Source of the DNA: Selaginella moellendorffii
Taxonomy: Eukaryota; Plantae; Lycopodiophyta
Assembly (NCBI RefSeq): GCF_000143415.4
Contig: NW_003314311.1
Coordinates: 225,629-287,008, forward strand
Direction of reading: 5' to 3'
Length of the DNA: 61,380 nt
Numbering within the stretch: position 1 is the stretch's first letter; each line of letters begins with the position of its first letter. Under the pieces are notes generated by a model that was not told where the DNA came from, did no database searches, and saw only the letters and a program-made list of their open reading frames with translations. Positions 51,194 to 61,380 of this stretch are shown here, one piece after another. A program made the position numbers and the translations under genes.

Positions 51194-54100
51194 TAGTCGA
51201 GTCAAGTATTGCTTTTCTTAAGAATAAATCAAAGATTAACAAAGCTATCTTTGGCCTTTTCATTTCTCTAGAACTTATCCTTTTTCTCGCGGGGAACCTT
51301 GAAGAATCATGTAGTGGCGTCAGTCGACTGGGGTCCAGGAGCTTTGCTTTTGTTTCTCCAGTCTATGACAAGGCACAGGAACTTGAATAGTCGATAACAA
51401 CTCCTAACATTAATGCCACCACCACAAACCCTACATTTGCTGAATTAGCAGCTCAAGATCTGCATATGATAAATATAGCAACACCTTTAAGATGCCTTAC
51501 ATAACTTGCATATGCTTTCTGGAAGTCCATATAAAGCTCAGCCTAACAAACACATACATTGTTTTGGAAATGTTTTGGAAATAGTTTCAAATGCAGTATA
51601 ATAACATAAGAAAGGGCCCTAAAATAGTTGGCATATGGTTTGGTATGATGAGTGTGAAGAAATATTCAACATAGTGAATTTAGGAGAACCATAGTTTGGT
51701 TTACCCTAAGAGACTATGCTATGGTGGAGCTAGAGGAAAAACTAGGTTTGGGTATGAGCAAGATGCGTTGCCTCAACAAAAATCTTTACTAATGTCTTAG
51801 CTCTTCTTCTTCCTTTTAGTTCCAATCTCTGCCATTTCACTCTTTCTTATCTATGCTTGAGCTTGCTTCACGCTGTTACTGTAGACCCTAGTTTAGATGC
51901 TGAATTTTGCAAACTCTCAAAAGTAAACAACCAAAGTTTGTCTTACTTTTAGTTTAGATGCTGATGATTGTGCAAAAACTTGCAAGTAAAGCTACTTAGA
52001 CAACCAGAGTTTGCCTTACTTTACAAAGAAGTTCATATAAAGGAGTAAGGACAAGCTCAATGAGTCTAAATTTCTTTTTCCTACAAAGAAGACAGGATAA
52101 GAGATTAAGATATGAAAGATGAATAAAGTGAGTCTGTACCTAGATCTATGATGCTAGACAAAAGACAAAGTCAATGAGACAAAGCTGACTAGAGAGAAGA
52201 AACAAAGATGAAGTTTTATATAGCTTTTTATTTCGATATTATAATTTCAAAGTGTTTTGCAACTATATCTGAAGTTGCAGCTGGTTTATGAATATTACAT
52301 AGTTAAACCTTCTATATCTATTGAACATGATCAGAAACTTATGGCATCACCATTATCTAAAGAAGGAATGCTTTTACTTTTTCTGTTAGACAATAGTTCT
52401 TCTAGAATTACAAAGAAGGATATTAAAAATAATTATATATATAGTTTCTAATTTGATTTCCATGTTTGCAAAATAGTATCATAAACAACAAGATAACCTT
52501 CATTTTCAACACATAATGCCCATTTATTTTTCCAATATAAATTATAAGACGAAATCACACTGTTATTATTATCATAAATTACAAGATTGCCATATTTTTT
52601 TAGTCTAAAAAAGCATATTACTAGTTTTTTTTTCCCAAATTACAAATAGCCCTTTGTATAATACTAAATTATAATCAATTTGCATATACAAAATATAGAA
52701 GTGATTTAAAGATTTCAGAAAATCCTCATATTTAAGATTAAAAAACCTTGAAAAATTTGGTCCACTTCTTACACATACCATATAAATATTAAAATATTTA
52801 ATATTTGCAGTTTGACAACTAGTTTTATATTTTCTTTTTGTATTATCATCTAATGTAAAAGAGATTGAATATTTTTCAACTATATTCTCTGCTGATAAGT
52901 AACAAAATAATTAAAAACATAATCTTGAAAAAATTTAAAAACTGGTTCTGTAAATAGATTCCTTTAAAAATATTTGATAAATTAGCAATAAAAGCACAAG
53001 CTAGTAAATCATATTTTTATTAAAACATTTCATCTATATCACTTATAGTTACAATTAAATTTTTTTTTTCAAATTTTATATAAGATAATAAAAATCCAGC
53101 ATATAAATTTTCCTTGTTACTAGCATCTTCAATAAGTTATAGATTATAGGTAAGATAATATTTTTTCTAGATGGAACGGAAAGAGCTTGTGGTCTTTCAT
53201 AATACTTAATGAGTATGTAAAATGAATAGGAACAATAATGCAAAAGAAATCATTATTGTAATATATATTTTCTTCAAATTATTTTAAAATAGTTATATTG
53301 AGACATTCCATGCACTCACAAGACTAAATAGAAAAAATATAAAAACATGAGATATAAACAATATAACTAGATAATATAAATATTAAACTTTTATATATTA
53401 TGATATTTAGGTTTTTATAATATAAAATTAGGTGAACCTTAATTGTTTTAAAAATTTATAATGTCTGCACTAAACTACAATTGAGAATTCAATTTAGCTT
53501 GCACACTAAGAGTGGTATGCACTTGGGATGCTCATCCCTAAATGGCCAGTAAATTAGTTTATTCCCCCACACCCCCAATAAAAGGTGATTGTTATTTTTT
53601 CTTATGTAGAGGGGTTTTAATTTGGCCTCTTGAATGGCCAAATGGTTATACTTAATTGTGCAATGGTGGCCAAATTATGAATAACCATATTCAACCATTT
53701 TAAGGTACAAATTGTTATAGGTGTCTGCACCAATTCCACTGGCAGCATTGAGGATAGTAGCTTCTAGGATAGTGAGAGTAGTGTAGAGATTGAATAGGGA
53801 CATGATAGATGTTCCTTTATTTGAAGTTTCGAATAAGTTAAGATCACAAAAGAGACTTGTGGGCTTTGTTTGACACTTATGGTACTTGCTTGTGCAATAC
53901 CCAATCTTGGTAAGCATATATAGTACCTTTTCATGCTATGGTGGTGTTTGAAGCAAGCATATTGGAGCTTTAAAGCAGTTGTTTCCACTGCAATACATCT
54001 ATTCTTTGCAATTGCTTTCATGATGTCATGAAAACCACAATTCTTTAACAGAAGAGAGTCAAGTAGTGTGGGCAAACCAAGGAAAGATCTATTCAAACAA

Positions 54101-54273
54101 AACACATAGAGTATAAAGGCCTTTCACCCAAAAAATCTACTTAAGAGCCATATTGGAACTGGTTTGGAAATCTTAGTAACTCTCCTTTTTCCTTTGGTTT
54201 CAAAGAGCCTTCATCATCCACATACAACTGTTGACCTTGTTTAGCCACAAAATCATCTAGTGATATCATGCAG

Positions 54274-54716
54274 GGATAATGCAACTAGTGCAAGCCTTCT
54301 GAAATCCTGGAAGGAAAAGGGAGGTGTCATGCTTATTGGCTATGCAGCATTTCGGAATCTTTCGACGGGAAGTCATGTGAAGGACAAGGAAACAAGAGAT
54401 TCTCTATGCAAGTGCCTGCAGGTATTTATTCTTTACTTGGTGACCATGACGGTTATATTTGTGCTTGTATTATCTAGGATCCTGGCGCTGACATAGTTGT
54501 TTGTGACGAGGGTCACACCATTAAAAATGACAAGGCGGACATTACCACGGCACTCCAGCGAGTGAAATCTGGCCGCCGAATAGCCAGGATCTCCTCTACA
54601 AAACAATCTGATGGAGTACTATTGTGTAAGTATTCGATGGTGGATTAATTGATCTTATAGATGGTTGACTTTGTGCGGCCTGGGTTTCTGGGTCCTAAAG
54701 CGATCTTTCGTAACAA
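54274..54716 (+). pseudogene. ATRX/CHR20-like SNF2 helicase fragment (3 exons, frameshifted)
   Basis: WKEKGGVMLIGYAAFRNLS, DIVVCDEGHTIKN, RRIA-(frameshift)-GSPLQNNLMEYYC, MVDFVRPGFLG; introns retained. Confidence 0.85.
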
Positions 54717-54894
54717 GTAAGACTTTCGACTGCTGGAAAGTTACTTGGCCAGTCCGTATCACGAAGGGATGGTGGCAGGCCTATCTTTGATCGCTACTAA
54801 GATTGAGTCATGCGTATCTTCCAAAGAACAGGCATGGCAATCAAAGTGTTTCCTATTTTCTGCTTGTGACAAAGAATTAATCGTCAACTACTAG

Positions 54895-55520
54895 TGCACA
54901 TTCGTGTGATGATCGTTGGGCTTGGTGCTGGATTGCTTCCAGTGTTTCTGTACAAGCATTTTCCCTTCAACAGCATTGAGGTAAAGTGTTCTCTTTGTTT
55001 TTCGTTACATGACAAAAGTTTTTTGCTTGTTTAAGGTAGTGGAGCTGGATCCGGTTGTTGGATTTGTGGAAGACGATCGCATGCAGGCATGAGAGTCCCC
55101 CAATTTTCTTTTTCTTCTTAACCAATATATTCTCTTGCAGCTGAGACTTGGAGATGGATTAGCCGCTGTCGATGCTATAGCAAAACCAGAGGTATGACTT
55201 GAAAGATCAAACTTGAAAGAAGAAACTCTCAAATATTTCTTATTTCAGATGGAAGAACAAGCTAACAGCGAGAACACTAGACATAAATTGCACATACTAC
55301 TCATTGACGCTGATTCCTCCGATCCAAGGTGCGGTTCTGTCTTTTCTGTTGATATTTGTTGAAGTGATCAGATAACTCCGTTGCAGTAAATGGGCTAAGC
55401 TGCCCTCCAGAGGAATTCCTTCTCGAAACATTCCTCCGCAGTGTGAAAGCTGCTCTGGAACCCGAAGGAATCCTCGTCATATACGTTGTTTCGCGGGCTC
55501 GTGAGCCTCAAGCTCGCTAG
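54895..55520 (+). pseudogene. METTL13-like (C-terminal spermidine-synthase-like methyltransferase domain) fragment
   Basis: IVGLGAGLLPVFL, EVVELDPVVG, GDGL, LIDADSSDP, GLSCPPEEFL...FLRSVKAALEPEG; introns retained, premature stop. Confidence 0.75.
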
Positions 55521-56264
55521 ACGAAGAAAAAGGTCTGGTTTTATTTTCTTTCCATCTTTTCGCATTCTCTGTGGGGGTTTTTGCGCGAGTTTTCTCTAGA
55601 GAAACGCACTGTACAGATGTACCATTGCTATACTTTTTTTTGCAAACAAAAGAGTCCTAAACGATGATCCTTGGTGTGTCATCGAAATCAAAGGAAAGAT
55701 GGTTTTTTGTTCTCCTGCCAACTGCATGAGAAGATTCATCGCGTGAATCTCTCAGAAAGCCACAGGAGAGATCGACAAGATTTAATCTGTGCATTGTGTG
55801 AATGAGCGACACGCACTGGAAATTAATCGCGTGTAGCCCCAGAAAAGATGCACGAAAAAGCGAGAGAATGAAGAATCTCTCCTACATGAGATGAGATCTT
55901 CGTCCAGAGAAGAAGAGATGAAAGAAATCCCAGGACATTGCGAAAGAAGATTAGCAATGTAGCATTAGCTGAACGGGCAAAGCACACGCGATAGAATCTT
56001 CGCAGTGTCCCAGTACTAAATGCGCGAGAAAAAAAAGAGAGAGAGAAGAAGGCGCTGTGGCGTCCATCAGTCGAACAAGGCAGCGAACAACGAATCGCTG
56101 ACCCGTGCCATGGAAGCCGCGAGAAATCGTTGTGGCATCCGCGTATAAGCGAGCCGCAAAGAAAGAGCGGCGCCCTCAATGTTAAGATGCAAGAACCCTA
56201 AAAATGCAAAGCCCTAAAATCGAGACTCGCTCTAGGGCACATACACAATGCGGCAAAGAGGAGC

Positions 56265-56476
56265 AGATGGGTGAGGCGAGATGAGCAGTTGGAGAAGGTA
56301 TGTGGGTGGGTGAGGAGTTGGGCAGGTAGATGGGTGAGATGGATGAAGTGAGGAGCTCGGTGGGCGAGTGAGGAGCTAGGTGGGTGAGGTGGGTGAAGTG
56401 AGGAATGGTGGGCATACATGTTCATAGGGAATTAGGCAAGTTTGGTTTGCTGCCGAACCAGACTAGTTCAGCTACA
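56265..56476. repeat. G-rich dispersed repeat, copy of 1473-1662
   Basis: Direct similarity; ORFs MYAHHSSLHP.HP occur in both copies. Confidence 0.8.
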
Positions 56477-57990
56477 AAAAAGACAAGTGAAAATGAAACA
56501 AAGAAAAAAGAAAGAAAGATTAAGAAAAAGAAAAAATAGAAAAGAGAAGATGGAAACATGAGACTAAGTAGGAGAACCACTTATCTGGACTCCAACTTAA
56601 AGCCTCTTCACCTCTAGAAAGTGCCTTAAACATAGTCCAATTGCTCTCAAAGTTCCAAGGGAATGAAGTGATGGAAGTGAATGTGTTGCTCAAGAATGGT
56701 AACTGCAAGAATAATGGAAGACAGCAGCCTAATAGATGGACAGTGATGGTTGATTATAATGGAGTGATAATGGCTGAAGTGGTTGGCAGCATGTGTGCTT
56801 GTCACAGAAGAAGAAAAAGCTTGCAATCTTTGCAAACATCTGTTGAGATCACTGTGTACTGTTGCTGTAGAAATGTGGGATTGGATAAATGTTCGTCCAA
56901 AGTAATGCCTAGTTTCTTATGCTCATCAGATCTAACTGACTCTTAGAATCAGTTGTTAAGTGTCCTAGATTTGTCTAGACTTGTTGCATTGAGATAGTCT
57001 GTGTTATATTTTGAGTTTGGCACGTTAGATTTTGCTGCTTTTTGATGCATTTGCTGTGTATGGTGATGATAAATAGAGTGACATAATTGGATCCCTAGAT
57101 CATGCGTACATGGTGAGAAAAGTGAAGAAATGTGAACTAGGCAATTTTAGCAAGTGATAAACAATGGTGTAGCAAGTAGCAAAATGAATGGATTGTGTCT
57201 GTGAGTTATGGAGAGTGATATTGATGATATATTGAATGAAATCATGTGAAAAAAACCCAAGAACCGTAAATAGTAAATTGTGAAATGGATGAGCTACCAG
57301 ACGAGAGGAGTTAATGCAGTCTTATGATGAAACTCCAGGCTCGTGCTTACTCCATCCTAAGAATCACATCTTTGATATGACAACGAAGAGATGAAAGCAG
57401 AAGAAAAGAAAGAAAAATAAAAGAAACAGAAGAAAAAGAGAGTGAAATACTGCCAAAAGATCTTAAGGTGGCAATGGTTGTGAGTGTGTGGCAACTCTTG
57501 GCCTACCTCACTATAAGGATGTAAACACCACCTTCAATGTGTTTCTTGATGAAGAATGGACTGAGCCACCTAGGGGAAAACTTTGCGAGTGATGCAAAAT
57601 CTTGGAGCATCACAAGTTTTCCCTTATGAAAGGGCTTGCCTCATTGGAATTGCATGGATTGAGTAGTGATTGAGCCTATGCTAGGAGGTCCCAAAGAGTC
57701 TTGAAAGAGGCCAAAGATGTTGCAAAAGCTGGCCATATGTCCCTCTAATGTATGATGTTATGTAGGCCCAAAGTGAATAACATTACCAAAATGAGGAAAT
57801 CTAGAGCTCAACTGTGTGTGGCAATGTCTAGAGCCCCTAGAGCATAGAGGGAAGAGTCTCCAAAGTAGTGAATGGAGTCATAAAGGCTCACAAGAATTTG
57901 GTGGTTGAGTGAAGTATCAGTGATCATGGAAGATGCCACGATTGTTGTAGGTGAGGCCACAATTAATATCCTATGGCTAGAGAGGTTTAG

Positions 57991-58198
57991 TGTGACATCC
58001 CTATAACCAACCAAAGAAAACGACTTGAGAGATGATTCATGAGGTTCAAATATATTAAAAAAAAGGGGCCTATGAACAAAAATGCACCCCCTTTTTCAAT
58101 CAATTAAGGGTCTTGGGATATTTGGGGTTAAACGTCTTTGGGTTTGAATACTATTGAGTTGAATAACCTTCTAGAAAGTATAAATACAAGAGGTTATA
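57991..58198 (+). mobile_element. About 208-bp LTR with decayed 5S rRNA internal promoter (Cassandra-like), followed by a tRNA-iMet PBS
   Basis: TGTGACATCCC...GAGGTTATA, then TGGTATCAAAG at 58201; 58127-58179 aligns without gaps to the plant 5S A-box to C-box region. Confidence 0.7.
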
Positions 58199-58685
58199 TT
58201 TGGTATCAAAGGGGGTTTCGGGTTCGACTCTGTTGGTTGGCTTAAAGGAATCATACTACATATTAAAATTAACATTTGGCAGGTCCAATTTACTTTTGAC
58301 TGGGCTTGATCTGAGGGGTAGGATGTCAAAAGAGTAGGGCTCAAGAGAGAGCTATAGCTCTTAACTTCCATTCATAAGGGCATAAATTTGTAGGGACTCA
58401 AGCTCCATGGCATATGTGTAGGTGTCACAACATTGCTAGTGGCAATGTTTAGTGACTTTCCTTTGAAACCGGGGCTTGAAACCTTGTACAAAGGCTAACA
58501 CTCTCATGGACTTCTACTATGTCACTCTCTTGTTGAGATGGTGGAGATCACTATGCCATCCTTGGTTAATTTGCAGTTATTGGTTGATACTCAGGATCTC
58601 TAGAAATGTCTTTTGGCATCTTTGGAGATTCAGTAAGGTTTAAATAGATTACTATAAATAGGTAGTTAGAGTTGTTTACACAATA

Positions 58686-59210
58686 ACCACATATTAAAAG
58701 CTTAAATACTACTAAATTAACCAATAGTATTCTCTTTGTCATTTTCTTTCCAGTTTTAGAAGATCCAGCCAGAAACTATACTCCAAGAGGTAAGCCTCAA
58801 GAAAGATGTGGATGGCCTCCAGGATAAGTTGGCTCTCGATGATTTCCAGCAAATTTTCATGCCATGCATCTCATGAGCTTGCCTAGAGCTTCTTACTTGA
58901 TACAAGAAAGGAAGAAAGTGGTGGTCATTGGTTGTAGCAACATTGTTGGCCTTCCAACAGTGCTACCCCAGAGATACAATGCCATTGTCACAATCATAGA
59001 TAAGCATACACAAAACTAGTAGATTGATCAGACTGCTGATATCCTGGTCAGGAAATCTTATGAGAAGAAGCTGGATCAAACCTGGAGCTTTCATTATAGA
59101 CATAAGAATGAGACAAGTAAAGGTGTGTAGAGCTTGACTTTTTATCTCCAGTGACCCTAGCTCAGAAGAATTGCTAGAAGGAGCATGAGAAAGTATCAAT
59201 CTCGATCACA
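58686..59210 (+). pseudogene. FolD-like (methylene-THF dehydrogenase/cyclohydrolase) pseudogene fragment, left arm
   Basis: KKDVDGL, FMPC..ACLELL, KKVVVIGCSNIVGLP, TADIL and SWIKPGAFIID motifs with frameshifts. Confidence 0.85.
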
Positions 59211-59519
59211 CCTATTTCTGGACTGGTCAAAGTACAAAGTGTTCAGAACCTGTTTGTACCTGGATAATTTGAGTTGCATGATTATATATATATATATATA
59301 AAATTAACACTAAAATATAGAACTAAAACCAATGTTGGAAAAGTAAGAAAGATAAAGCGGATGAAGTCTAGATATATTGATTTGATAGAAAGTCGACCAT
59401 AAAATGATTTACAATTATAATGTATACTAGATAGTGGTCAAAGTACCTCTAGTGTCAATGTCTTTCTCTCACATTTTTCTTTTGTAAGGAAGCAGTTTCA
59501 TCCTACTCTGTGGTAATGC

Positions 59520-60037
59520 TGTGATCAAAGTCGCTACTTTCTCACCTCGTAGCAATTCTTCTGAGTGAGGATCCTGGAGATACAAAGTCAAGCTCTACAA
59601 ACCAAGTGTGGAGAGAGACACACACCTTTACTTGGCTCATTCTTATGGCTCCAGGTTTGATCCAGTTTCTTCTCACAAGATTTGCATTTCCTAATCAGGA
59701 TATCAGCAGTCTGAGCAATCTACTAGTTTGGTGTGTTCTTATCCATGATTTTGACAGTGGCATTGTGTCTCTGGAGTAGCACTGTTGGAAGGCCGACAGT
59801 GTTGCTACAACCAATGATCACCACTTTCTTCCTCTCTTATATCAAGTAAGAAGCTCTAGGCAAGCTCACGAGATGCATGGCATGAAACTTGGCTAGAAAT
59901 CATGAGGCCATCCACGTCTTTCTTGAGGCTTATCTCTTGGAAGACAGTTTCTGGCCGGATCCTCTGAAACTGGGAAGAAAACAATGAAGGGAAGACTATT
60001 GGTTAATCTAGTAGTATTCAACCCTCTAGTATGTGGT
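59520..60037 (-). pseudogene. FolD-like pseudogene fragment, inverted right arm
   Basis: Reverse complement aligns along 58686-59210 with scattered substitutions and indels. Confidence 0.85.
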
Positions 60038-60363
60038 CAGTAGAAAATCTTCTGACACTTCATTCATTTGTTGGAACTTGTGAACAATGTGGATGTGTAC
60101 TCTCACAGTACAAAGACTAGCTCACTGGGAGTGCGGACTAGAGCCTGAAAGATCTCACATGCTGCACTGAAGATAAGCAGCTCTGAATCTCCTTTTCTCT
60201 CCAATCTTGTCTACTAGATGAGCATCAAAGTACGATTCAAGCAAGAATGCTAGAAAGGGCTGTTAATCATGTAAAATCTAGTAGTACATTTTCCATAGTT
60301 TACTGCAGAATGCTTGGTTTGCTTTGGAAAAAAAATTATTCTATTGTTTTTGTTGTTAGAGTT

Positions 60364-61380
60364 ATCCGCAAGTCTACATGGGAGCAAGGAAGAAAAAAGT
60401 TCACACCATTTCTGCATTTGAAGGCTAGGATAGGGCTTCTATTCTACTAAATCCTAGATCTTCTTTTGACTGTGGGGCAATGCAATCTGAAAGCTGCTGC
60501 GCCAAGAATCTCCTGACTTGGAGGCAATTCCAGAAGTTGTTTCTTTTCTGGCAAGTGCCAACCCATTTGTTTCCCATGTATCTGAAAACTCAGGTGATTG
60601 CTTGGGAGAAAGAGCTCTCTAGAATTGGAGAACGACCAAGGATCACTCAAGCTTCTCAAATTACTTTTCAATCTCGAGAAATGCCTCAAAGTGGCAAGAA
60701 GCATTGTTCGTTCCGGGAGTCTCTCTACTCGGTTGCACAGCTGATCGAGAGGTGCACTCAAGGCAAGGCTTTTGAGCATCGGACAAGCTTGCAAACGTCT
60801 GGAAACACTCCTGACGATGAGGTGGCCTGGGGTTGGAGTTACTGAAAATGATGTCACTTTCCCATTCTTCTGGCTTCTTTCGGTGGAAAGATATGCACCT
60901 TGCATTGCCTGGAATGAGCACGCCATTTCGACAAGCTTAAATTGCAGGATGCCATCATGGAACTCGTTGGAGTGTGTTCGATTGATGCAACGACTGCAAC
61001 ATGTCAAAAATGAGAAGGACAAGCATGCTGTTGTGACTACAAAAAGTCCAACCGCATCGGATTCTTGAAACAGGCACTGTTTTGCTAAAATGGGAAGAGG
61101 TATCTGCCATGGGTATAGCTACTTTGCACGACGAGGGTCTTGGCAACAGGCATACGAGAGTAATTGCAACGTCTCTGAAAACTTCAAATATAATTTAATA
61201 GATGGTGGTTTAGGTGAAATTAAAAAGTTTAAAAAAAATTAAAAGTAAAAAAAGTAGACATTAAGATCTTGTTTGGTTATTTCCGCTTTAAACTAGAAAT
61301 TAATCACTATTAGACTTTGCTCCAACCTTTATGAGTTAATAGTTATTATCACATTTACTTTAATGAGTTTCTTTATTTAA
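60364..61380. repeat. Inverted duplicate of 4994-6011 (includes PPR-like remnant at 60772-60970); runs off the window end
   Basis: Near-identical reverse complement. Confidence 0.97.

Noticed and set aside
51880-52025. About 60-bp degenerate tandem duplication (TAGTTTAGATGCTGA...CTTACTTT)
   Set aside because: Two units only; ordinary local duplication, not an array
53600-54250. Possible DNA-transposon coding remnant before the ATRX fragment
   Set aside because: No diagnostic motif recognised
58201-58240. tRNA gene suggested by GGTTCGACTC
   Set aside because: No cloverleaf or A-box; the motif is part of the PBS-adjacent leader of the LTR element

Overview
Eukaryotic plant genomic DNA. The compact genes with 50-100 bp introns and the PPR-like remnants suggest a lycophyte such as Selaginella; this is an inference. 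Two CpG-rich gene islands are present. The first (9.5-16 kb) holds a NERD1-like FG-GAP protein, a DPB4/NF-YB11 histone-fold protein and a GA-oxidase-like 2OG-Fe(II) dioxygenase. The second (40-51 kb) holds SMG1 kinase and a DUF985 cupin. Between them lies a 21-kb nest of LTR retroelements whose insertion order can be read from five 5-bp TSDs. The flanks contain decayed copia and LTR pieces, intron-containing gene fragments (ATRX-like, METTL13-like, FolD-like, PPR-like) and a near-identical inverted duplication of about 1 kb. The most unusual items are: (1) a 1.9-kb TSD-flanked insertion whose two ends are both the U5 end of the same LTR, in inverted orientation, apparently an integrated copy-back reverse-transcription product; (2) a short LTR carrying a decayed 5S rRNA internal promoter (Cassandra-like) next to gag-like sequence; (3) an LTR element with no visible gag-pol whose interior reads as a decayed antisense ORF; (4) an inverted FolD pseudogene pair able to form a long hairpin. 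All alignments were done by eye and reference proteins were recalled from memory. No database searches were run.
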